The position numbers and the translations under genes are program-made. Positions 1 through 8,668 of a DNA stretch of 64,000 bases are shown here, piece by piece (the stretch's first letter is position 1; the number at the start of each line of letters is the position of its first letter). The notes below the pieces were generated by a model, which ran no database searches, had not been told where the DNA came from, and saw only the letters and a program-made list of their open reading frames with translations. Source of the stretch: a virus; the IMG/VR virus record IMGVR_UViG_3300020468_000003, positions 1-64,000 of that record. One strand, 5' to 3'.

Positions 1-599
1 GTCTCTCTTTCTTTTCCTGCGTAAATTTTATGACAAAATGAACCTACGTCCCAGCCATAGTCTGCAAAGTCTTTATACATCTGTTCTACTAACGAAGTCG
101 TCGGAACAATTATCAGAGTATTTTGCTTGCGTTCAACAAAATATCGAACAATCGAATATATCATCAGAGACTTACCCGATGCAGTTGGGGATATCAACAA
201 CTTTCTATTATGCCTTAGAGCGTCGTATACTCCCTCTACTTGGTAAGAACGTGGTTTGATCTTACAAATTGCTTGCATATAATCTTTAACACCCTCTGGT
301 GAGATCTGCTCATTCACTTCAAAGGGTAGACCATAGAACTTGCTTGGTTGAAAAGCATAAGTGTAATTATGATCAGCACAGAATTGTATTACTTTATCTA
401 ATAGTCCAACATATATTTGCTTCGTTTGTGTATTAAATAACCTTATCTTTCCATCCCAATACTTATTTTTATAAGCAGGTGAAAACTTTGCGCCAGGTAC
501 TTCAAAAGTAAACTGATCTGCTAATTCATAATAAACATGAGGTTCTGCCTCAACATTTAAATATACTTCATTCTTCTTGGAAATAACCAAATGAGACAT
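1..599 (-). CDS. uvsW: UvsW RNA-DNA/DNA helicase (5' part; runs off the window edge)
   Basis: Manual translation from ATG 599 gives MSHLVISKKNEVYL...FTFEVPGAKF...YWDGKIRLF...PRSYQ...SPTASGKSLMIY...IIVPTTSLVEQM (SF2 Q motif, Walker A, motif Ia). It lies next to uvsY. It is absent from the ORF track because its stop is outside the window. Confidence 0.93.
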   Translation of the reverse strand, partial: MSHLVISKKNEVYLNVEAEPHVYYELADQFTFEVPGAKFSPAYKNKYWDGKIRLFNTQTKQIYVGLLDKVIQFCADHNYTYAFQPSKFYGLPFEVNEQISPEGVKDYMQAICKIKPRSYQVEGVYDALRHNRKLLISPTASGKSLMIYSIVRYFVERKQNTLIIVPTTSLVEQMYKDFADYGWDVGSFCHKIYAGKERE

Positions 600-624
600 A
601 ATATCTCCACATCTGGTCTATTTA

Positions 625-1056
625 TCAATTAAATCCAGACTGAAATTTCTGCCATTCAATGGCATTTTTTATTTGATATGTACGGTTCGACACTGCCCTT
701 ATAATCTCTTCTAAGAACTTTAGGGTAGTATCATAGTATTTTACCTTAAGATTTATCTTTGCCAGTCTCTCGTCTGCCTCCATGTACTTTTGGAGTGCTT
801 CTTTCTCTCTGATCTTATATGGAAACGGTTCTTCTGCGTAAGTCTCTACAGTTGCCTTACCTGTATAATATCTGTATCTATCTAAATTTATTTCATTCTG
901 AGTAACTCTTGCTTTTTCTCGCATTAGAGTAATAGTATTATAAAGAGTATAATACTTAGAGTGTAGTTGTGGAATTCTTAGTGATTCATCATGTAAATTA
1001 TCAGGATCTATGCGAGAATCTTTCTCCCACATTTCCTGAATCTTATCAAGATCCAT
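625..1056 (-). CDS. uvsY: UvsY recombination mediator protein
   Basis: 143 aa with WEKDSRID..LH.ESL.IP.LHSKY...RTYQIKNAIEWQKF signature, in the T4-like g3-uvsY-uvsW context. Confidence 0.9.
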   Translation of the reverse strand: MDLDKIQEMWEKDSRIDPDNLHDESLRIPQLHSKYYTLYNTITLMREKARVTQNEINLDRYRYYTGKATVETYAEEPFPYKIREKEALQKYMEADERLAKINLKVKYYDTTLKFLEEIIRAVSNRTYQIKNAIEWQKFQSGFN

Positions 1057-1072
1057 AATAAAGATTATTTAA

Positions 1073-1618
1073 TTAAAGTTCTTTGCCAAGCATATCATTG
1101 AGCTCGTATATAGTATACCTGAAAGATACCTCTGCTGTAAAGTAGTCTATGTCAGTTTCTGAAACATCAAATGTTAATCCACTTAGAGATATAGGAAATA
1201 AATCAATAAACTTAACTTGTGCGACTGGTTGGAAGTTACTATTCAAAATTTGAAGAGTTCCATCACTAAATGCTTCCTTTCCATCCTGTACACCATCATC
1301 ATTCGTTGTTAATGTCTTATAGTCTTGGGTACTTTGTGCAAAACCAAGTCTTTTCATCCATTTATGGATTATTGAAAAGTTTTCCAAGTTTTCATCTACG
1401 AGGAAAGTTAGAGAAAAATCCCCATAAGATATCTTCTCGCCAGGTACATCAATATCTTTTAGATATGATGGTTGGATTTGTGTTGCTAGACTTATATCAG
1501 GTATATTAGCAGACATTGATAAAAAATCAACTTTTGGATATTTTCCTAAAGTAAATTTAAATCCAACTGGAGTTAAAAAATTTCTATTCTGTATTTGATT
1601 TGCAAATGCAGTTGCCAT
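1073..1618 (-). CDS. g3: Tail completion / sheath stabilizer (gp3-like)
   Basis: NRNFL.P.GFKF...PGEKI.Y.DF.L.FLVDE.LEN...SDGTLQILNSN...F.DLFP.SL tube-like fold; typical position upstream of uvsY. Confidence 0.85.
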   Translation of the reverse strand: MATAFANQIQNRNFLTPVGFKFTLGKYPKVDFLSMSANIPDISLATQIQPSYLKDIDVPGEKISYGDFSLTFLVDENLENFSIIHKWMKRLGFAQSTQDYKTLTTNDDGVQDGKEAFSDGTLQILNSNFQPVAQVKFIDLFPISLSGLTFDVSETDIDYFTAEVSFRYTIYELNDMLGKEL

Positions 1619-1620
1619 TA

Positions 1621-1776
1621 TTAATCGATAATGATATTAAACCAATCTTGACTCATTCCTTTGATGATATTATCTGCAGACTCTTTATCATCTGCGTATC
1701 CTTCTTTTATCAAATGGTCAACAACAGACTCATATTGTGCCTTGATTTTTTGTGCTTCTCTAGGTGTAGGTTTCAT
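1621..1776 (-). CDS. Small hypothetical protein (51 aa), possibly head-associated
   Basis: Manual translation MKPTPREAQKIKAQYESVVDHLIKEGYADDKESADNIIKGMSQDWFNIIID; late-promoter-like GATAAATA at 1798-1805. Confidence 0.7.
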   Translation of the reverse strand: MKPTPREAQKIKAQYESVVDHLIKEGYADDKESADNIIKGMSQDWFNIIID

Positions 1777-1809
1777 TTTGAACGCAATATTTGTAGTTAT
1801 TTATCAATA

Positions 1810-2091
1810 CTATTCTCCACCACCGCCTCCACCGTTTCCACCGCCACCATTTCCACCACCATTTCCACCGTTGCTGTAACCACCATTACCATTCCCATTG
1901 CCACCATTACCGTTCCCATTCCCATTAGAACCATTTTTTTTATTGCTACTATCATCATTGTCTTGTCTTCCTCCCAAATAACGACCAACAACACTTACAT
2001 GTCTATTACCTTTTGGTACACATGCACCTAATTTTTTATCAAACTTGTAACCACTAGGACAATTACGACTAAACTCTTTGTATGATTTCAT
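1810..2091 (-). CDS. Gly/Asn-rich small late protein, candidate internal head protein
   Basis: N-terminus MKSYKEF resembles the T4 capsid-targeting sequence MKTYQEF; Cys pair CPSGY...CVP; (GN/GG)n tail; CTAAATA late-promoter-like site upstream. Confidence 0.65.
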   Translation of the reverse strand: MKSYKEFSRNCPSGYKFDKKLGACVPKGNRHVSVVGRYLGGRQDNDDSSNKKNGSNGNGNGNGGNGNGNGGYSNGGNGGGNGGGGNGGGGGGE

Positions 2092-2124
2092 TACTTTTTT
2101 AAATTCCTAGTAATTATTTAGAAT

Positions 2125-2148
2125 AAAAAAGAGACCTGTTAAGGTCTC
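2125..2148 (-). terminator. Rho-independent terminator
   Basis: GAGACC-TTAACA-GGTCTC followed by T6 on the minus strand. Confidence 0.8.
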
Positions 2149-2166
2149 TGATCCATCTCGAACATA

Positions 2167-2358
2167 CTATCTATATTCAGCAATGTTACCACCATTACGT
2201 CCACATGTATTATCCATGATTCCCATCATCTGTGAAACAAGTTGTGGATTTTTCTTTGCATACCCATCTCCAAAATGAGAGTCTATGCTACGAATCGATT
2301 CTTGCAGATATTGATCTGTAATGAAACTAACGATTTCAAATTTTTCAGTAATTTTCAT
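2167..2358 (-). CDS. Hypothetical protein (63 aa), moron-like insertion after g23
   Basis: ORF track; GAGG RBS and its own sigma70 promoter; flanked by duplicated terminators. Confidence 0.7.
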   Translation of the reverse strand: MKITEKFEIVSFITDQYLQESIRSIDSHFGDGYAKKNPQLVSQMMGIMDNTCGRNGGNIAEYR

Positions 2359-2383
2359 GTTTATATTTGTATATTACCTCAAT

Positions 2384-2412
2384 ATCATAGCATAAAAAAA
2401 GAGACCCGTCAA
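2384..2412 (-). promoter_or_regulatory. Sigma70-type promoter embedded in the g23 terminator
   Basis: TTGACG (2407-2412, in the hairpin loop), 17 bp spacer, TGC-TATGAT (2384-2389). Confidence 0.7.
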
Positions 2413-2420
2413 GGTCTCTT
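2394..2420 (-). terminator. g23 rho-independent terminator
   Basis: AAGAGACC-TTGACG-GGTCTC-T7 just after the g23 stop. Confidence 0.85.
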
Positions 2421-2446
2421 TGTTAAACAAATATGTAATATCCGAA

Positions 2447-3853
2447 TTACATGAGGTTGTTAACTCTAACTCTTCTGTAGTATCTGTTGCTATTAGCAGT
2501 GATACGACCAAGACCAGCAGTTGTTCCTTCAGCAAATGGGTTGGAAACAAGACCATAACGAGTCTTAAATCCGATTTTTGGCTGGAAGGTGTTTTCTCCA
2601 ACTGCACGAACCATCTGTAATGGAACGTATGGGCAGTAGAATAAACCTGCGTCATAAGGTGAAGAACCTTTGTATCCAACAACGTAGTACTGCGCAGCAG
2701 CAACGTTTGCTGAATATGGATCGATGTATACTCTATACTTACCTTGTAAGATACCAGCAAATGTATTACCAGTGTCATCAACGTTAAGGTTAGCGTTAAG
2801 AGCAGGAGTGTAGTCTAGTACACCAGCCATTGTTAATGCAGAAGCAACGTCAGCAGAACAAAGGATCATGTTACCCTTTCCGCGTCTTGTTTCTTGTGCG
2901 ATTGCGTTGGCATCTCTTTCGATCTGGAAGATCAAACCTTTGAACTTCTCAACAGACCATCTACCGTTACTATCAACGTCTAAGTCAAATGTACCAGTTG
3001 AAGCAACGTTTGCCTGTGCACCAGACTTAGCAGCTTTGTATACTGTACGGATAACTTCTCTGTTGATCTCAGCAAGAATCTCAGTAGAAAGAATGTTAGC
3101 AAGTTCTGCTTCTGCATTCAATCCGTGGATTGCTTTGAGGTCTTGAGCAAGTTCTAATGAGTACTCAGCTTTAAGTGCTCTGGACTTAGCAGTCACAGTA
3201 ACTTTCTCGATGCTGAATGCCATCTGGTTGAACTCGTCTCCAGATGTACCTAGATCTTCAGATTGCTCTGTACCCATACCCTGACCAACAGGATAAGTTG
3301 TAGCAGCCTGTGAACCCTCTGGGTTAAGAAGACCTGGATTTGCAGCACTTGTAGGACCAGTTGTACCGAAACCAACGGATTCGCCACCACTATTGGCAAC
3401 GTACTTAGTACCTTCAAGATCAAACCCTGAGTTTTGTCCAGAGAATGATGTATCTGCTTCGTCGAACAATGCTTCTGAACCACCCATAGACTGGAACTTG
3501 GAACGCATTGCGAAGATTAAACCAGTTGGTCCGTTCATTGGTTGTACACCAGCTAGGTCATAAGCGACCAAGTTTGGCATAGAACGACGAATTAAACTGA
3601 TTAGGACTGGGTCAAAACCTGCAACAGGTGATGATGCGTCAGCAGAGAAACCTGCTGTAGATGATGTTGATCCAGTGTTTACTGTTGGCTGCTCAGATAA
3701 GAATTCTCTTTCTTCGTTTACAGCCTTTTCTTGGTTTTCTAACAGAATCGCAGTTACCGCTCTTCGATGTGAATCTTTGATTGGATCCAGACCATCGTGG
3801 TCTAGAATCGGTGCCCACTTCTCCTGTAGATGTTCAGCGTTGAACATTTGCAT
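2447..3853 (-). CDS. g23: Major capsid protein gp23
   Basis: EKWAPIL, FDPVLISLIRR, GVQPM.GPTGLIFAMRS, KSRALKAEYS.ELAQDLKAIHG, FYCPYVPL, FQPKIGFKTRYG. Confidence 0.99.
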   Translation of the reverse strand: MQMFNAEHLQEKWAPILDHDGLDPIKDSHRRAVTAILLENQEKAVNEEREFLSEQPTVNTGSTSSTAGFSADASSPVAGFDPVLISLIRRSMPNLVAYDLAGVQPMNGPTGLIFAMRSKFQSMGGSEALFDEADTSFSGQNSGFDLEGTKYVANSGGESVGFGTTGPTSAANPGLLNPEGSQAATTYPVGQGMGTEQSEDLGTSGDEFNQMAFSIEKVTVTAKSRALKAEYSLELAQDLKAIHGLNAEAELANILSTEILAEINREVIRTVYKAAKSGAQANVASTGTFDLDVDSNGRWSVEKFKGLIFQIERDANAIAQETRRGKGNMILCSADVASALTMAGVLDYTPALNANLNVDDTGNTFAGILQGKYRVYIDPYSANVAAAQYYVVGYKGSSPYDAGLFYCPYVPLQMVRAVGENTFQPKIGFKTRYGLVSNPFAEGTTAGLGRITANSNRYYRRVRVNNLM

Positions 3854-3907
3854 TTGAATTTTCCTTTATGCTTAGTTTTATACGAGTTTGATTTTATAAT
3901 TTAAAAA

Positions 3908-5053
3908 TCACTTTTTGGCAACTCTACCTAGAGTCTGAAGATAAGCATCCATTCTTGTAGAATACTGCTTAGCTGGTTCTTCAACCCCTTCAGAAATTAG
4001 GGTATCAGAGTCGTCTTTCTTTGGAGCACTAGTGTTTGATGGGAAATAAGATTCCTTCAATTTAACTAGTTTCTCTCTATAGGTATCTTCACTATCAAAC
4101 TCAACATTTTCTGCAAGTTTAGCGAGCTTATCTTTCTGTGAAAGTGCTAATCCTTCTGTTACTTCTGAAAAAATTACATCGGCAACGGATTCTGCTAATC
4201 TCCTGTTCAAATTAACATTCTTGTCAATTTGCTCATTGAGTTTTGACTCCATTTCATCAAGTTTATCTACCATACTCTCTAGGACATCATATTTGTCTTC
4301 AGGGATTGTTACATAATGTTCTTCAAATAGTTTCTTCATTCCGTCTAAGAATGAATCAGTCATTTCAGCTTTGAGTCCTTCTTCGACTGAGAGTTGATTT
4401 TCTTTAACCCACTCATCGGCAACATACTCAAGGTATGAATCGACTCGTGCTGTCAAATCTTTTTTCACCGCTTCTACTTCTTCTACTAATACTTTTTCAT
4501 AAGCACTTTGTAGTTCTTCCTTAACGGTAGCAACCTTAGATTTGATTGCTGTCTCGAAGATTGTTCTTGCTTTATCTTGGAATTCTTCGGAAAGTTCCTC
4601 TCCTGCGATAAGAGCATTAATATCTGCATCGATATCAATTGCTTCTTCTTCCTCTTCAGCAATTACTTCTTCTTCAGTAGTTTCTTCTGCTTCAGCAACA
4701 ACTTCTGTTTCTTCGGTAGAAGATTCTTCGGATTCAGCAACAACTTCATCAGTTTTTGCTTCGTCTTCAGCGACTACATCGCCTTCAACTTCTTCCTCTT
4801 CCTTCATACCTTTAGCACCCTCTGCAGGTTTTGCTCCTTTATTAACAACATCTTTAACTTGCTTAAGTGTTGCACCAGGTGTTTTTAGTTTTGCTGAATC
4901 GTCATCAGGTTTGTAATTTTCGGGAGTAGGACCGCCTAGGTCTTCTACTTCCCCGCCTGACATTTTTTGCATTGGTTCTGCAGGTTTTGCACCTTTAGTA
5001 ACCACGTTTTCTTCGAGTTTTTCCATTTTGTCTAATTTGCTACCAACGGACAT
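3908..5053 (-). CDS. g22: Prohead core scaffold protein gp22
   Basis: Acidic coiled coil with ELSEEF..KA.TIFE.A and VDSYLEYVA.EW..EN; lies between g21 and g23. Confidence 0.95.
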   Translation of the reverse strand: MSVGSKLDKMEKLEENVVTKGAKPAEPMQKMSGGEVEDLGGPTPENYKPDDDSAKLKTPGATLKQVKDVVNKGAKPAEGAKGMKEEEEVEGDVVAEDEAKTDEVVAESEESSTEETEVVAEAEETTEEEVIAEEEEEAIDIDADINALIAGEELSEEFQDKARTIFETAIKSKVATVKEELQSAYEKVLVEEVEAVKKDLTARVDSYLEYVADEWVKENQLSVEEGLKAEMTDSFLDGMKKLFEEHYVTIPEDKYDVLESMVDKLDEMESKLNEQIDKNVNLNRRLAESVADVIFSEVTEGLALSQKDKLAKLAENVEFDSEDTYREKLVKLKESYFPSNTSAPKKDDSDTLISEGVEEPAKQYSTRMDAYLQTLGRVAKK

Positions 5054-5089
5054 GTGTTTTTTGTTATTAGATCGGTGATAATCTGTATT

Positions 5090-5097
5090 TATTTATA
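5090..5097 (-). promoter_or_regulatory. T4-type late promoter
   Basis: Exact TATAAATA upstream of g22. Confidence 0.8.
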
Positions 5098-5101
5098 GAA
5101 C

Positions 5102-5752
5102 TTAAAGATTTGATAAGAAATCATTAAATAAATTTAATTTATGTTCTTCAAGAACTTTTTGATCTACAAGTGTATTAATATGTTTTTTTGTTTGAGATGC
5201 GAGAGATTCGCGGAGAATTCCACCTTCCCAAATCCATTCTTTTCCTTCCATAATTCCAGATACAAATGCATCAGGAGCAGAAGGATCTGCAACGATATCT
5301 GCAGCAGTTGCTAACATAAAATCTTCGCCAACAACTTTGCATCCATTATTGCTTTCTCTTAGTGATCCAACACCACGAGAAGATACTCCTAAAGTAACAC
5401 CTTCATCTAATAAAGATTTTGCAATCTTACCCATAGGTGTTTCTAAAAGTTGTGCCTTTCCTATAAAGTTATTTCCCTCTTGACGAAGAGAAGTAATTTT
5501 ATGAGAAACACGATCTAGGTTTACTGTAGGACCATCGGGATGTCCAAGTTCTCCAAGAGCACGACCTTTTGCAACGAAAGCTTCATTGTATCTGTTAACT
5601 TCTTTTGCAAGAGTTCCAACTGGATACATTCTTCCATTACGATTTTTTAGATCTCCCTGAAGGAATACTCCCTCAATATACATTTTCTTTTTACTACCTT
5701 TTCCTTCAGTAATAAATTTAACGTCTGAAATTTCTTCTGTTATTAGTTTCAT
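5102..5752 (-). CDS. g21: Prohead protease gp21
   Basis: YIEGVFLQ...NRNGRMY, ALGELGHP, GVSSRGVGS, DIVADPSAPDAFV. Confidence 0.98.
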   Translation of the reverse strand: MKLITEEISDVKFITEGKGSKKKMYIEGVFLQGDLKNRNGRMYPVGTLAKEVNRYNEAFVAKGRALGELGHPDGPTVNLDRVSHKITSLRQEGNNFIGKAQLLETPMGKIAKSLLDEGVTLGVSSRGVGSLRESNNGCKVVGEDFMLATAADIVADPSAPDAFVSGIMEGKEWIWEGGILRESLASQTKKHINTLVDQKVLEEHKLNLFNDFLSNL

Positions 5753-5756
5753 AGTT

Positions 5757-6032
5757 CTAATTTGTAAATCCTACTTTAGTACCTTTTACATTAGATCCAG
5801 AATCAACAAAAACAACATCTGTTGGATTCTTTTCTAATAATTCTGTTGTATTTGCTAATAATCCAAATGATCCTATAGTAGCAGAACCACCATTATTTTC
5901 AGCAACAGTAACGAGATAATCAGTTGTGCTTGGGTTAGATAAACGAACAACTGTTGCTTCACTAAAACTAGTTGCAGCACCAACTGTATTCGGTACAACT
6001 ATTTGTGACCCTTTTACTAGAATTCTTGTCAT
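5757..6032 (-). CDS. Hypothetical virion-associated protein
   Basis: 91-aa beta-rich ORF in the head operon; AATAAATA at 6081-6088. Confidence 0.7.
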   Translation of the reverse strand: MTRILVKGSQIVVPNTVGAATSFSEATVVRLSNPSTTDYLVTVAENNGGSATIGSFGLLANTTELLEKNPTDVVFVDSGSNVKGTKVGFTN

Positions 6033-6101
6033 TCTTTTAGTTCCTCAGTTTTTATTTCTAGAATATAGAATACTATCTTGTATTTATTAAATTAAGTATC
6101 T

Positions 6102-6317
6102 TTATTCCTTTTCCTCTTCTTCTTCTGGTGTATCAGTAACTTCAGTTTCTGCTTCTGCTTCAACTTCTGCTGCAGGTTGATCGAACATGCCAGATGCTAC
6201 GCCAGGTCTTAAAGCTTCTATTTTTTCTCCTGCTTTTGCAAAAATTGCATTCTTGAGAGCATCAGAAACTTCGGATGCAGAAGCATCTGTTGCAATAGCA
6301 TTAATAATATCGTCCAT
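6102..6317 (-). CDS. Small acidic prohead core protein (gp67/gp68 position)
   Basis: Acidic tail; lies between g20 and g21; TATAAATA at 6340-6347. Confidence 0.65.
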   Translation of the reverse strand: MDDIINAIATDASASEVSDALKNAIFAKAGEKIEALRPGVASGMFDQPAAEVEAEAETEVTDTPEEEEEKE

Positions 6318-6347
6318 AATTAATTTAAGTATTTAAACTTATTTATA

Positions 6348-8027
6348 CTAGATCTTTCCACCCTTTGGTTCAGGTAATACTGCACCATCTCCATCTTCGG
6401 GATCTACCATTGGTGCTTCTCCATTAGTAGGAACTTGACCAAGATCTCCTTCACCTTCTTGAGGTAATGGTTCTCCAGTTATTGGATCAACTTGAGATGG
6501 ATCTGGTAATATACCTTTTGCAATTTCATCTTCTATTTGTTCATCAATATCAATGATTTCTCCATCAGTTTGACGTAATACTCTCTTACGTACATATTCA
6601 GTAGAATAATACTTACCAATATATGGTTCAATGGTTGCTAATATTCCCAATCTTCCTTCTAATAATTCAGATTCTTTAAGTTCAGCAAATTGATTATCAT
6701 ATAGGTAATCATATTGTATATGATCGCTAATTTGTTCCCAATCTTCTGGAGCAATAATATTTTTAAGAATTAATTGTGTTTTTAAAAGATCGTTGAATAG
6801 ATTTGAAAATCTCTTTCTTAAACGTCCTACGTATTTTGCAAATTGTAATTCATCTCTTAAAATTTCTGAAGATCTACCAAGATTAAAACCATCTCCACCA
6901 CCAGGCATTCTTGTCTCAGGAACACTTAATGCACGATATAATTTTTTCTGGAAATATTCAATATCAGCAAGTTCGCCAAGATTCTGTCCTGCAGGTAAAG
7001 TTGTGATTTCAGTTCCTCTACCACCTTCTCTTCTAGGTAGCCAGAAATCTTCCATCATACTCATCATTTTTTTATCATCACGAACTTCTCCAGTGTTCGC
7101 ATCATAAACCATTTTATTTCTATAACGCATCATAACATCTTTAAGATATTGTTCTGCTTTTACTTTTGGTAAATTACCAACATCAATATAAAATATTCTT
7201 CTTTCTGGAGCACGAGACATACGATAGATGACTAGCGAATCTTCAATCATTCTTAACTGATTGAGTGCTTTAATTCCTTTATGTAAGTAAGATAAAACAG
7301 TATTTCTATTTCTATCAACTAATCCTGATGTTACAAAAGTAACTGAGTCTCTAGCAATTTTGATAGATGCTTTTGAAGCACCAAAATTACCAGGTCCACG
7401 ATTGGCACCTGAGTTTGGAGTATATACAAAATGCTCTTCTATTTCTGGATAATCCATAGGTGCTCGAACACCTACTGGTACACTACCCTTAAATCCTGCT
7501 GCGTCTGATTCTTTCTTCTTCTCTTTTCTAATATGCTTTATTTTTAAAGGATCAATATATCTTAAATCTTGAATACCTTTATCTGGATGATCAACATCAA
7601 TTACTTTTAGATAGAACAATCTACCATCAACATACCAGTTTTTAAATATTTCGTGTGCTTTCTTATCAAAATCAAGAATTTCTTTTATTGTTTTAAATTC
7701 TTCTCTTATTGCTTTCTTTAACTTATCGCTTGCATTTAAGTTTGATAATTCAACTTCTATAGGAGAATCATAAAGATCACTAACAATTGCTTCATTGATA
7801 ATATCTTCGATTGCTTTATCAGCTTCTGGATGTAACGACATCTCACGATATCGTCTGATTAGATCGTATTCAGTCTTATAGACACCTTCGATGTCTACGT
7901 ACTGTCCATAAAATCCTGATTGTAGATAGAAATCAGCCCCGTCCTCATTATTCTGAGGGACGGGGGATACTATACCTTTCGGTTTCTTTTCATTATCTTC
8001 AATCGAAAAACCAAAGAGTTTCGCCAT
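6348..8027 (-). CDS. g20: Portal protein gp20
   Basis: LI.RYREM, WYVDGR, LSYLHK.IK..NQLRMIEDSLVIYR..RAPERRIFYIDVGNLPK.KAEQYL, EDFWLPRREGGRGTEITTLP. Confidence 0.99.
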   Translation of the reverse strand: MAKLFGFSIEDNEKKPKGIVSPVPQNNEDGADFYLQSGFYGQYVDIEGVYKTEYDLIRRYREMSLHPEADKAIEDIINEAIVSDLYDSPIEVELSNLNASDKLKKAIREEFKTIKEILDFDKKAHEIFKNWYVDGRLFYLKVIDVDHPDKGIQDLRYIDPLKIKHIRKEKKKESDAAGFKGSVPVGVRAPMDYPEIEEHFVYTPNSGANRGPGNFGASKASIKIARDSVTFVTSGLVDRNRNTVLSYLHKGIKALNQLRMIEDSLVIYRMSRAPERRIFYIDVGNLPKVKAEQYLKDVMMRYRNKMVYDANTGEVRDDKKMMSMMEDFWLPRREGGRGTEITTLPAGQNLGELADIEYFQKKLYRALSVPETRMPGGGDGFNLGRSSEILRDELQFAKYVGRLRKRFSNLFNDLLKTQLILKNIIAPEDWEQISDHIQYDYLYDNQFAELKESELLEGRLGILATIEPYIGKYYSTEYVRKRVLRQTDGEIIDIDEQIEDEIAKGILPDPSQVDPITGEPLPQEGEGDLGQVPTNGEAPMVDPEDGDGAVLPEPKGGKI

Positions 8028-8062
8028 TATTAAATTCTCTTAAAAAATATTCCTATGTTTAT

Positions 8063-8653
8063 TTAGTTGATGTTTTCACCACCTGCTGCGGAACCAACAC
8101 CCTTGGCAGCTTCCCACCAGTGAACTTGGAACTCTGCAGTAAACTCTTGAATACCTTCCGTATCATATGATAGGTTGATAGGAGCAACTTGAGTTGGGAA
8201 AATATCGTAAAAACGATAAGATCTTAGTGTTTCTCCAGAACGATCTAGTTGGAAAACAGTCGCGTCTGCTTGATAAGATGCAGGATCTGTTGAACCTGTA
8301 TTATCAGAGACTCTGTTTATTGCGTTCATCCATGATTCCATGGCAGAACGAATAGCAAAATCTGTATCGTTAATAACTGTAATTGTCCAACTATCAAAAG
8401 TTCTATCTCCTGCTACGTGGAGAATCCTACCTCTGAATGGGACTGTTATGTCAGCTATGTTTGAAGCAGGTAAATTTGCTGCTTTAACTAAGAATCTTGC
8501 TTTGTCAAGAACTTCTGAACTTGCTGGAGCAATACTAGGGAAGTTGAGTACAACTTCAAATAGATTACTTCTTGCACCGCCACCGATTAACTTACTTTTA
8601 AAGTCAGTAATCTTTCTTAATGGAGGTGGATTGATTTGTTGTCTGGTGGGCAT
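8063..8653 (-). CDS. g19: Tail tube protein gp19
   Basis: GGGAR.NLFEV, KAANLPAS, FRGR...AGDRTF..WT.TV.ND.DF. Confidence 0.96.
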   Translation of the reverse strand: MPTRQQINPPPLRKITDFKSKLIGGGARSNLFEVVLNFPSIAPASSEVLDKARFLVKAANLPASNIADITVPFRGRILHVAGDRTFDSWTITVINDTDFAIRSAMESWMNAINRVSDNTGSTDPASYQADATVFQLDRSGETLRSYRFYDIFPTQVAPINLSYDTEGIQEFTAEFQVHWWEAAKGVGSAAGGENIN

Positions 8654-8668
8654 TTTTTAAACCTCTAA

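Noticed and set aside
2374-2781. Alternative-frame ORF overlapping the g23 3' end
   Set aside because: It overlaps g23 and runs through its terminator, with no recognisable features.
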